Shown here piece by piece: positions 23,905-35,480 of a stretch of 64,000 bases of DNA; position 1 is the first letter of the stretch, and every line of letters starts with the position of its first letter. The translations under genes and the position numbers were made by a program. Where the stretch lies: positions 6,634,001 to 6,698,000 of the forward strand of contig OU015567.1 in assembly GCA_907165135.1 (NCBI GenBank). The letters run 5' to 3'. The notes beneath the pieces are model-generated. The model was not told where the DNA came from and did no database searches. It saw nothing but the letters and a program-made list of their open reading frames with translations. The stretch is from Oikopleura dioica (lineage: Eukaryota > Animalia > Chordata).

Positions 23905-25810
23905 TTTAATTTGTGCCCTTGAAATAAACGACTGCCAGAAATAATTGAGTGGCCTCTTTCGCGTTGGCCTCGTAAAAGATTGTGCATGTTCCCACATGGA
24001 ACTTATCCTTTCTTCCCGCTGCGGTTACTACCGTCGCTTCTAAATATTTGGCCGAGTTTCCAAAGAAAAATTCGCTTCCAAATTTATATGACCATCCTTT
24101 ACTTTTCTACAGCACAACCTGGGCTCGCACCCTGTGTAGAAAACCTGAGTCAGGTTTTGAAGATTATAGATGATAAGCCGCGTAGCGGCTTTTTTAAAAA
24201 TGTAGCGGCTTTTCATTTGACTCGTTCATAACTCTGATTCAATCTTTATAATCAGGTTGCCGAGCCCAGATTACAGTACATTGAAAGCTAATCTTCACTA
24301 GTGCATTTTACCCACCTTCGAGCTTTGCAAGGGCTGAGTCCCAAGAGAGACGAAAGAGAAGAAAAGGGACCAAGCGGATGTCGTTACTCGAGAGGAGGCT
24401 TCCCACGGGTGAACGTTAAATCTTTATAGTCAGGGAAAGCAGCTGGCAAAGTTAATTCTTATTGCGACTCAACGCCAGGCGCATCATTTTGAAAGGGATA
24501 TAATATTGATATTTCTATTCATGCATTGACTTTATTTGATGATGGGAAAAAGGGCGCAGTGGAGAAATGTTAAATTTGTATCAATGGAGCGTTTAATGTC
24601 GTTGGCAGTTACAATTTGTGACTCAGAAGATTCTGAAGAGCTTCTATGAAAAGTCGCGTAGCGGCTTTTTTTTAAACGAAGCCGCGCAGCGGCTTCGCCA
24701 TAATTCAAAAATATGTTGTGATGCTGATTTCGCAAAGCCGCTTCGCGGCTTCTTCTTTAAAAAAGCCGCTACGCGGCTTTTCATTTCGATCTTTCAGAAC
24801 CCTGACTCAGGTTCTCTACACAGGTCACGGAGCTCAGTTAGTATGGGTTCGTAAATTGACGGAAAATGCCATAAAATCGTTTTTGCCGAAGTCGGATAAG
24901 ATCAGAGGGCAGCGAAACGGAATGGACTTTGGTGGTGTGGCCCGGTTATGTTACGACATCCGGTCATAAAGCTACTGCTTGGAGGTTTGCTCATTTTCCT
25001 CGCAACGGGTAGACAGTGCTCTAAATTATCAGCTGTGAAGAAGAGTGGCACGGGTCTTGATTTTGCCTCTTCCGGAGGAGAAAAATGAGAGTCCCGGAAG
25101 AAGGGAATTCGCTGGGGAAAAAGTTGGGAATCAAAGGGAACCGCGCGTGCTCCGTTTTTGCGTTTATTAGAGTCAGAAGCGGAGCAGTACCTATTGATCG
25201 GCATGGAACTCGGCATGGCGCAGCGTGAGACTTTGATAATGATTAGAGGAGGGTGCCGAGGAACTCAGTATGTACCGAGTCTGACCATAAAATCCGTCAC
25301 TCACTCTCTTTTTTTCAATGTCAATTTAGAAAATATTCTTCTGAAAAAGCAAAAGCAGTAAAAATTCTGATCAACTTTCAGCAAAAGAATCGTTCCAGCT
25401 CGAAAGTGTACTTCCGCGGTAAACTTACGAGCAGCGATTTGAAATTATGAAACTTGTCAGTTCCGCCGCGACCTTCAGCGTTGTCGGGGAATTCTCCGCG
25501 ACTTGTCTTTTTTGATATCAATTGCAATGCTGGCGTCGCCGGGGCGCAAATTTACTTATCACGGGTTTATTCGTTATACTTTGTTCGATAAGCGACCGCC
25601 ATGTCGAGGATGAGAGACGCCAGTGACGAAATGAAGCGAACTGAAGAGTGGACTCGGACGAGAACGGATCAGGATTGAACTCAAAGCTAAGCGAAATTCG
25701 TTCAAGATGGAGAAGATCAAGAATTTTGAAGAAAAAGAGGGAAAAATGAAGTTTATCTTCGTCAAAAATTGTGCCTTCGGAAAGCTTTTCTTTTCCTTGG
25801 CTTGGCAACC
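23905..25810 (-). CDS. Probable hypothetical gene(s), structure unresolved
   Basis: Terminal exon-like KGWSYKFGSEFFFGNSAKYLEATVVTAAGRKDKFHVGTCTIFYEANAKEATQLFLAVVYFKGTN* plus several upstream open stretches. Confidence 0.3.
24119..24269. mobile_element. CTGAGTCAG-family MITE (further copies about 24618-24838 and 25801-25860)
   Basis: CTGGGCTCGCACCCTGTGTAGAAAACCTGAGTCAGG ... CAGGTTGCCGAGCCCAG. Confidence 0.8.
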
Positions 25811-27192
25811 TGTGTTGAATCCTGAGTCAGGGTCCTGACACAGGTTTTTACGCAGGTCCCCTTGGCTTTCTTTTTTTTTCTCTGGGTAAAACCTGTTTTT
25901 ATTTGATGTCTATAGCGCGAATTCAAAGCGTTCACGAGGTATTTTGTTGTCTGTAAATTTGCATTTTATTTTGTTAGTTATTTCCTATGGTCTCGGTGAA
26001 TAGCCAATGAAAGAAAATTGATTGTGCCACAAAATCTGAGTAAAAGACCGAGTAAAATCTTCATTCTGCAGTAAACCCAATTCATGATCAATAAATGCTC
26101 GCGAAAATGTATCACACGCGGCGCTTTATGATTCCATTAACGACGATAACCGTGAATTGTTAGGGGTTAATATGATGATTTTACACGCGTATAAAGACGC
26201 TTATAGGGTCAGATAGCGGGCCTCAATACCAGCTACTACCGAGCTGACCGGATAGGAGTCAAAGAGCAACTGCCCAATGAATTTGGCGATGAATACAAAT
26301 GAATGAAAATCAGAGGCGTATAAAAAAAAGACTGATAGAAGAAGCTACTGATAATGCTTTGTTGGATAGTCGAATTGCCCTTTTTAATCCTAGTGATGAA
26401 TTATGAATCCATAAAATTCATAACAATAATGCCCATTTGACAGCTATGCCTTCATAAATCTCCATTGTAACATAAAATTTAAAGACCTCTCTTTCTATAT
26501 ATTTACCGGTCCTAAAACGCAGAAAGCTTGTACTATATTTCTGGCGATAGCTACTTTGCCACCTGCACTTAAACTTTTTTGCTGGCGCAAATATCCTCGT
26601 GACCTTTTTTTGAATGGAAAATTTGCAGCTCGATTTGCCTGGCCATTGCTTATCGCTTGATATCGTTGCGGATTGCGGAGAGCCATGCAGGGTGGGATTC
26701 GTGGCACAAGATGGCGCATCGAGCAATTTGGATGCATGGCTCTTCGTCTTCTCGTTGAATGCAAGGAGGAACAACCAGTGGCGCCGCTGGGTGGCGCTGC
26801 GATCGAGCTCGCTCAGCGTGCTCAAGCCATGGATCGCAGCTCCGGCGGCCTCTACACAAAGTCGTAAATCGTCCGTTGCCCGACAGCTTTCGCGCGTTTG
26901 CCGTCCTCGCAGATCCGACAGATCAATTAATCACCAAACTTGAGACACTAACTCGGAACTTCCCTGAACCCTTTTTTCACAATCGAGCAAAAACAAGAGA
27001 CCTGCCTTTATCAATTGCAAGAAGAACTAAAAAAGAGTACAGAAAAGGAGATTGGTCAAAAACTCTTGGTCAAACTGGTCGCATGACCCAGTGTGAAGCC
27101 AGGAATTTTGCGGTAAGTCCAGATTTTTTCTTTCTCTCTTCCTTGATTTCAATTTTCAACGCGTCGGAAACTCATTAAAATTGTAGCAAATT

Positions 27193-30100
27193 ATGAACCC
27201 TGGAAACTTGCAGCCCAAGTACGAAGACGGAAACGGCTCGACAGGCTCCTTCGCCTCGATGAACTCAGAAAGCCATGCCCATTCAATTGGCATGCCTGCC
27301 ACGAGCGGGTTAAGCTGGGCCCCACCGGTTTCTACCGTCGGCGGTCTTCGGGAAGGCAACTTGTTTGACCACACCAACAGGTAAACGCGCCCATATAAAG
27401 GGGTAAGCTACCAAGCTACCCAAATGGCCTTATTAAAGTCCGAACGCTGTGTGCCTTAACCTATCTATTATTGCCTATAAATTGAGCATTAAACTACAGA
27501 CCTCACAAGTGTCTTCACTCGTTGCCCAGAAAAATGAACGCGAAATTGTAAGTGAAACTTTTTCGAAAAAAGAAAGAGAAAGATTAAGCTGCCAATAAAG
27601 AACTTTTATTCGGCTGTTAAAATAAATATTAATTATAGATTTATATTTTACTAAGCATTTATTGATAATAAATGTAGACAAGTGATTAAAAAAGGCATTG
27701 TTGTAGGAAAGCGGGGCAGGTTCAATTTAGCGAGATTGGTATTTTATGACATTTGTGAGAGCTGGTTAATTTATTGAATTCATAGCCTAGGGATTCGGCC
27801 ACAAGGTTTTGTCGATTGTCGTTTAATTGGTCTGTTTTAGCCAACCAAAATTGGAACCGCCATCGGTAGATCCTAACTCGAATCCTTCATCGGCAGAATC
27901 GCCCCTGATTGGCAACGTCTACGCGAATATTTACGAAAATAGAGTTTTGGTAAGACCATTTTTTCCGCTGAAAGTTGGAAAATAAAATTTTCAGCAGGGA
28001 AACCAGCCGATGTTCGCGCACAATCCAGGCTTCATGCATCGCGAAATGCCCGGCCAACAGCCCTTCTACCATCCGTAAGTGAATTTGTGCAGCTTTGAGA
28101 AATGCCAAATTATTTATCGCAACGTTGATAAAAATTCAGTAAATATTAACCGACGTGCTAATTAAATACTAGCAGGAAGTTCGAGTCCTTCAATTCGCTA
28201 AATCAGAATTGCGCTTCAATTCTGCTTTTCTTTTCTCATCTTTGAAACCTTCCGGGAGACCTTTGCTCAGTACCAAAGTCTTTCGCAAGGTCAGCATTTC
28301 GGGGCGGAGGGTAAACAGCGCCGCCGCTAAAATTGTAAACATCTAATTGGCCAAACATTTTTTTTATGACTCGAGATCAGCGAAGGTCTCTTTGAAGTTT
28401 AAATGACCTTCATTGGACTTATAACTTATAACTTATGGCCATTCTGATAATGATTACGAGGGAATTAGCAACTATAACTTTGTTCTTAGAAATATCATCC
28501 GACCAGGGGGCTGGCCACATGTCATGGATCCCTACTCGCAGTCTGGCATGCCTTTTCACTCGACTTTCCCAGGTAAGAAATTTTTTCTGCTACATTTTTT
28601 CACGACTTCCGGGAGAATTTAAGGTCTTCCTGAGTGACTCAAACTTGCTAAGCTTGATTCGCCCCGCGACAGAATATTGAGTCCCCTTTTTTCTTCTTTG
28701 GAAATTTGAATGTCTACGTAAATTTTCCGTGGATACGATATCGGTTGATAAGATGTCCAGAGTTTACCTCAGCAATGAATTTTACTAGTCCTCAAATAGA
28801 CAAAGGCACCAGCCGCAGGGCGATATCGTAAATGACACCCTTGAGGCGTCAGCAATTCATCAGGAATGTAAGAAACTAACTCTATAAAGAGCCTATAAAT
28901 GCAGGTCAAGCCCTTTGACTTCCGCTTCTGATATTATTTCTGCGCCCCATAAGAAATATATGGAGTCGTTTTCGTGATTTATGTGACGCAAATGGGCGCG
29001 ATGGCAAGATTTATGACTGCCTCGTGTTGTTAAAGTTTTCATCGAGCATAAAAAGTAAGCTAGCGCGAGTCAGAAATGATGATCATAAACTTGGATTATT
29101 GCGCGATCCGTTTAATCATATAAATCAGTTCACGATGTAAAGCTGTGGCTCGCAAATCACACCAGTTCTTTCGGCAATATTTGTGGTTTCTTACTATTTT
29201 ACAATTTTACGATTCTTAGATTATTTCGTGATTAATGAAGCCGACAAAGTCTACTCTTTCTTGATTGCAAGGAGCAATCGCCACTTTTGTCCCTTTTCAA
29301 CGGGGAAAAATTAGACTCTTAGTGTCTCTTTTAGAGTGTACCCCTAGTTGTTATGGCATTTGGGCACACACGTGGCGATGCCCATTGCCATTTGGCTACA
29401 TGTTTGACAAGTAGACAGTCCCGTAAATTCTCACCTCAATCATTTTCCGATCAGAATTGACTTTCACAGAATAAAAATTATTTGAAACATAAAGCAGTAA
29501 AAGTAAGCTCAAGAAAGAAGATACAAAGATTTAAAATTGACGAGCTACTTTTTTCAAATCGCGAAATAGCGACGGAAGTCGCAAACTTTTTACATGCTAT
29601 TGTAAAACCAACTTAACGTCAAGTAACAACCCTAACCTGCCTCATAACTTACACGTAAAATTGGAGCCTCGCTCATAATTATACAATTGTCGACTAATTT
29701 CTTCGTTAACCAAACCTTCTTGTTTTTACCCCACATTTTAACCGGCCAATTTTCAACTTCAAATTCCAGTTTGAAGTTTCCCCTACAAACTGGGCTTGAA
29801 AACCTGTGTAAAAACCTGAGTCAGGCTCTGAAAGAGCTTAGATAAAAAGCCGCTTTGCGGCTTTATAGTAACTAAAGCCGCAGAGCGGCTTCGCCTGAGT
29901 CTTACAACAGACAATAATTGTCATCTGAGTCAGAGCCTGAGTCAGGTTTTCTACACAGGTTTCGAAGGCCTTGAAAATGAATACCCGAATCCGCGTATTT
30001 TGCAATGATTCGTCGCTTCTTTCACCCCGGAAGTGTTTCGTTCCCTCGGTGGAGTGGTTGACGTTCTGGGCACACACATAAAAACTCTTCGATAAATCGA

Positions 30101-31189
30101 GCTCCTTTTGTGAAGGTGTTATTCCAACACATAAATTTCATGCTCAAAGCGCTTTTCTTTGCGCTCGTCAAACATAATGTAGGAATCTCCAATTCAAAAA
30201 GAAGCAATACACAATTCTGCTTGTAAGCCCATCATGCTGCACAAGCGGTAACAGGGGGTTATAAAAAAATTTCGACAATTTGAAATTAGAGTTTTATCGA
30301 CCTAGACTCACGGGGCGGCGTGATGAAAAGGGCTGGGCCGAGGAAACTTCCAATCCTGTCGGAAGCGTTCACTTAACGAGATCAATTTATGACCCTTGGG
30401 CCTCATACTGTGCGGCTCTGTTTGAAACGGCAGTATTAAAGCATGACACACAAAAACACCCTTTTATACTAGATAACTTCGAGTAAGCTCTTGTTACAGC
30501 TACATAAGTAGAAATCTGAGTCAGAACCTGAACAGCTCAAATGAAATATAATAGTTTCAATTAATCCTCAAATAATATCGAAGCCGCTTTGCGGCTTCGT
30601 TTTAAAAAGCCGCGACGCGGCTTTTCATTCGAGCTGTTCATATTCTGACTCAGGTTTCTGCAGATTTTCGATCCAAGAGTAATAAGCTAATCAACCTCTT
30701 TTAGGACTCTATTCTTATCCAATGCACACAGCGATCCGCAAGAAGCGCCAGCCCTACTCAAAGCAGCAAACTCGCCAGCTAGAACAAGAGTACGCCCAGA
30801 ACAAGTTCATCACGAGGCAAAAGAGGGAGCAGATTTCTCGAGATCTGAGCCTGACTGATCGACAAGTCAAGATCTGGTTTCAAAATCGACGAGTCAAGGA
30901 AAAGAAGGTAAGCGTCCTTTTTCCTTAATTTTCTCGACCACGTGATTGTGTGATCAAAAAAGCTAATTGATAACAGATTGAGCAGGAACGAGAGCGAAAG
31001 GAAAGCCACGGCGGAAGCAGCGGAAGCGCAGTTGGAAACGGTGGAGGTTCCGCCGAGATGGCCGATGATCCCGAAAGCCCGCATTCTTCATTCGCCGGAC
31101 TGGGCATGAGCACGGACAATTTTGGCCAAGAAACAGACGCACTTGGCCACGATGGAACAATCAAGTCGGAAGTACTGAAAAACTGCTAA
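27193..31189 (+). CDS. Hox13: Posterior Hox (Abd-B class, Hox13-like) transcription factor; exons 27193-27380, 27841-27949, 27995-28074, 28490-28572, 30705-30907, 30977-31189
   Basis: Homeodomain [57 protein letters not shown] (EYA.NKFIT and VKEKK are paralog-group-13 type); all six exons join in frame via GT-AG. Confidence 0.85.
29790..29970. mobile_element. CTGAGTCAG-family MITE in Hox intron 4 (second copy about 30508-30663)
   Basis: AACCTGTGTAAAAACCTGAGTCAGG ... CCTGAGTCAGGTTTTCTACACAGGTT with internal hairpins. Confidence 0.8.
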
Positions 31190-31427
31190 ATAGCGAATCG
31201 GACGATTGGCTTCTTACTGACCTCCTGTCTGTGCTGTAGATAAAACTTAATTTTTGAAAATAATTTGTCTCTTGAAAATATTTATCAAAACTGATCCCTG
31301 TACTGGTTGAATCCATTATTTTTACTTTGCCAATTTTGTGTTTTTAAATTATTGTAATTATAATGCTCAAGCAACTGCCCCTCTTCCGGTGCTCCAAAAA
31401 TAAATAAAAAATGATAAAAAAATGTTA

Positions 31428-31552
31428 GTCTTCCTTGATATCAATGATTTGGGATGGTAGGATGGAAAAATTTGTTTTCTAGAACGATATTTGATCAAAA
31501 ACAGTTTTCGAATTTATAATTATAATTAAGGTTTTGATTTATTGAGGTAAGT
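31428..31552 (+). promoter_or_regulatory. Promoter module repeated before all four array genes (also about 32620-32785, 33488-33624, 34490-34627)
   Basis: GTCTTCCTTGATATCAATGAT ... TTTCTAGAA ... ATAATTA(A/T)GGTTT(T/C)GAT(T/C)TATTGAGGT(A/T)AG in each copy. Confidence 0.85.
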
Positions 31553-31608
31553 TTGATATTTTTGCAGCATCTTCTGGCGAGTTTCTTGAGTTTTCAGAAT
31601 TCGCAAAG

Positions 31609-32500
31609 ATGGTCGAGACCAGAAACCAGAGTAGAGAGCGTGGCCAAATGGAGCAGTTTTTTCACAGCTTGCTCCAAACGAACCCACTGTCAAGCTTGAC
31701 GCTGAGAATCGTGCGCGACCGCTACAAGGCTGAATTCAACAAAGATCAGGACTTGTCGCCTCCCCAGTTCAAAACACTAAGATGCGTGGTGGACGAAATT
31801 GCGAAGGCGGAGATGAACAGAAAATTCAGCTCTATGGTATTTTTTCTTATTGTATTTCTATACATTATTATTCTACATTGTATTTTTCTGAATTTATGCT
31901 CTGATTTTTTGAATAATAGTGAATAAGGGTATCGACGGAATCAAACTTGAAGAAGCACGGAAAATCATCGAAGAAGAAATTGATTCAATGACGCGCAAGT
32001 TGGACGGTAAAGATGACCAGACGAGGAATAGGCTCGAATTATGTCGGAAATTGAACGACTCTTTTCGACTACTGGAGTCCAAGCTTGAGAAAAACGACGT
32101 CGAAGTAAGAAAATTATGATTATGTTTGAATCCTCGATACCTTTGATAATTAAATATACTTCAGGAGAAACAACAAATAGCCCAGTTTTTAATTGAAGCT
32201 GCAGAAAAGTTGAAAGGCATCAGAGAACGCAGAGCTCGAACCGATCGTAAAAAAGCACTGATTGAAGAAGAACTAGCCCGGGCGGAAATCGAGGAGGCGG
32301 AACTCAAACGACTTGAAACAAAGACCAAACGTCATTATTATGAGATATTTTGTATAAAGACATTTGAATGCGATCAAGATGAAGTTGCTGCTGATCAAGA
32401 AGAAGAGATTGAAAGACACTTTGCCGCAGTAATAAGAGCTAGCGAGGAGACAAACAAAATTCTCAACGACTTCGAGTCGCGATCAAAAATGTGGGAATGA
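31609..32500 (+). CDS. Array copy 1: HIRIP3-N/DEK_C-like domain plus coiled coil (3 exons, about 246 aa)
   Basis: Exons 31609-31836, 31928-32104, 32165-32500 join in frame; RERGQMEQFFHSLLQTNPLSSLTLRIVRDRY. Confidence 0.8.
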
Positions 32501-32852
32501 ACGTTCTCATTTCCTTTCCTGTTTCTGATTTTTATTAATTTTTCTTTTTCAGTTCCACTTAATTTTCTCTGCATTAAATTACGGAAAAAAAGCATCAAAA
32601 AGCAGCAAAAAATATGTGAGTCTTCCTTGATATCAATGATACATACGGTATGTAACATACCATATATCTATAACTGCCAGGAACTCCGAGAGTCGGTTAA
32701 CAAAGAGGATGAAAAATATGCTTTCTAGAATGATTTTTGGCCAAACAAGTCTCTAGGTTGAGGAGTTATAATTATGGTTTTGATTTATTGAGGTTAGTTT
32801 TATCTTCTGGCGAGATTCCTAAGTGTCTCCGATTTAAGGTCTTTCTGCAACG

Positions 32853-33447
32853 ATGGTAGACCAGAGAGAGCGCGGACAAATGGAGCGGTTTGTCCGCCAC
32901 TTGTTCCAGACGATCCCAATTGCGAGCTTGACGCAGAGAATTGTGCGCGACCGCTACAAGGCCGAATTCAGCGTAGATCAGGGATTCACGGCAAACCAGG
33001 CTGAAACACTCAGATCTATTGTAGTCGACTTCGCGAAGGCCGAGATGGACAAAGGCTTCAAACTTTCCATCATCAAGGTATTTAAGAGATTCAAAAAATT
33101 AATACAAATTCACATTAATTTACTTATTTCAGAGCCGCCTCAAAGACAAGATCCATGACCACGAGCGTGGAATAGAAGAAGATACTGAAGAATTAGCCCG
33201 CATTGAAGAAAGAAAAGCCAAGCTTGAAGAGAGAAACGCCCGCCGGAAAAAAGAACTGGCCACGATGCAGATCCTACAGCGTTTTCAAGCGGTGATTGAC
33301 CGTACTTTAGATGATGCTCCAGATTTTTCAGAGCAGATTGAAAGTCTGAGAGAACTCTCTCTGAAAAACGCGAAAGAGGTTTTCAAGATGTTCCAAGAAG
33401 ATGTTGACAGAATTTCCGACGATTTTTCCTATTTGCAGTTATATTAA
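32853..33447 (+). CDS. Array copy 2: HIRIP3-N/DEK_C-like domain plus coiled coil (about 179 aa)
   Basis: Exons 32853-33077 and 33133-33447; RERGQMERFVRHLFQTIPIASLTQRIVRDRY. Confidence 0.8.
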
Positions 33448-33677
33448 TTTTTAAAAAATAAAAAAAAATGGTTTTCAAAAACATGAGTCTTCCTTGATCT
33501 CAATGATGTTTGACGGCAGGAGAGTCTGACAGGATCAAAAAATCTGTTTTCTAGAACAATCTTTAGGAGCAATTGGTTTTTTGGTCTACAGTCGTTATAA
33601 TTAAGGTTTCGATTTATTGAGGTAAGCTCGATATTTTTGCATAACTATTTGGTAAGTTTCTCGAGTTTCTTTGAACG

Positions 33678-34305
33678 ATGGTGGAGACCAGAGAGCAGAG
33701 AAGAGTGCGCGGACAAATGGAGAACTTTGTCCGCTACTTGACGAAGATAATGCCACGGTCAAGCTTGACGCAAAAAATCCTGCGCGACTCCTTCAAGCTC
33801 ATAATATTCAAGAAGCAGATGACGGTTGCCCATTATGAAACACTAGAACGCGTATTCGTCGAGGTTTCCAAGGAAGAACCGAACAAAGACTTCCAAGATT
33901 CCGAATGGAAGGTATTTTGTCTTATTAAACATTAAATTTTTAATAAACATTCATTGATTTCAGACCCGGCTTAGAGAAACTGTCTTCAAGGTTCTCCGTC
34001 AACAACGTAAATTGGAACAGCAAAATGAAGACTTAGCCCGCCTAAATGAAGAAGTCGCCCGCAAGAAAAGAAAAGTGGCCGTGGAGAAGATGCTGCACGA
34101 CAAACTCGACCGACTCAGAGAGCAAATTGATCTTCACCTTGACCAACTTGAACGAATTATTCGTCATTATTCTTTAGCTCCTCCAGAGAAGGTCGCGACT
34201 CTAACAACACTCGCTCTGGAAAGAGTTCACGATGTTATCAAAGTACTTTGGCAGGAATTTGAAAGAATTCACGATGAGTTATCCGCTATTCCCGACGATC
34301 AGTAA
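33678..34305 (+). CDS. Array copy 3: HIRIP3-N/DEK_C-like domain plus coiled coil (about 191 aa)
   Basis: Exons 33678-33911 and 33964-34305; RVRGQMENFVRYLTKIMPRSSLTQKILRD. Confidence 0.8.
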
Positions 34306-34695
34306 TTTTAATTTTCTATCTAAAGCGACTTTTTTTATTAATAAACAGCCAACAGATTGCATTTGAAATTTTGCGTTTTTTTATTTTATCCAGAGGGTGG
34401 CGACAATCTTTTTATCCAGGGTAAAGGCCTGCTTTTATCGGTATTAATTTCGTTTTCCAGTGCTAAAATAAGAAAAAATAAAAAAATGAGTCTTCCTTGA
34501 TATCAATGATGTTTGACGGCAGGAGAGTCTGAGAGGATAAAAAAAATCTGTTTTCTAGAACAATCTTTACGAGCAATTAGTTTTTTGGTTGATCGTAATA
34601 ATTAAGGTTTTGATCTATTGAGGTAAGTTTGATTTTTTACATTATCGTATTATCGAGTATTCTTGAGTTTGTCGAATTAAGGTCTTTCCGCAACA

Positions 34696-35320
34696 ATGGT
34701 CGAGACCAGAAAGCAGAGAAGAGCGCGCAGACAAATGGAGCAATTTGTCCGCTTCTTGACAATGATAATGCCACTATCAAGTTTGACGGAGAAATCGGTG
34801 CGCGACCTGTACAAGCTCGAATCCGAGAAGCAGATCACGGATTCCCAGTCTAAAGCCTTGAGATGCATCGTCAGCAACCTTGCAAACATAAAGCACAACA
34901 AAGAATTAAGAGCTTCCAGATCCAAGGTTATTTTTTCTTGCCAACTATACCTTACTAAATTATTATTTACTTTAGACCCGGCTGAGAGAAAAAATGTTCA
35001 AGTATCTCAACAGTCAACGTGAAAAAGAACAGACAGAGAAGGAACTAACCCGCATTAAAAAAGAACTCGCCCGCGAAAAAAGAATACTGGCCGCGGAGGA
35101 GAAGCTCTTAGCAAAACTTAAAAAAGTGGAAGTTCAACTCGAACTTCACTTAGCCGAATATGAAAGGATTCCGGATCGTCCATGGATCATTGCTCCAGGA
35201 AAGATCGAGACCTTGACAGTGCTCGCTCACGATAAAGTTCTCGATGTTATGGCAAGACTAGAGCAAGAGTTTGACAGAACTCACGACCAGTTAAATGCAA
35301 TCCCCAACGATCTTTTCTGA
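34696..35320 (+). CDS. Array copy 4: HIRIP3-N/DEK_C-like domain plus coiled coil (about 191 aa)
   Basis: Exons 34696-34926 and 34976-35320; RARRQMEQFVRFLTMIMPLSSLTEKSVRDLY. Confidence 0.8.
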
Positions 35321-35480
35321 CTTTTCTTTTTCTGATCTATCAATTTTTGTTCGCATTATATTTTGAATAAACATTCAGCAAAGCGCGAAGTGTTTTTTTT
35401 CAGAATTTAGTTTGAAAATAAACTTCGAACGTTAATTGAAATTCAATTATTGAATAGTAAGATTTTATTGAAAAAAAGAG

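Noticed and set aside
25900-31400. Hox-associated microRNAs (miR-10, miR-196) and spliced-leader RNA
   Set aside because: No match to the recalled mature or leader sequences found by eye; an Rfam scan would be needed to exclude them fully
31428-34627. Regularly recurring conserved blocks read as a CRISPR-like array
   Set aside because: Spacing is about 1 kb, the spacers are paralogous spliced genes, the context is eukaryotic and there are no cas genes
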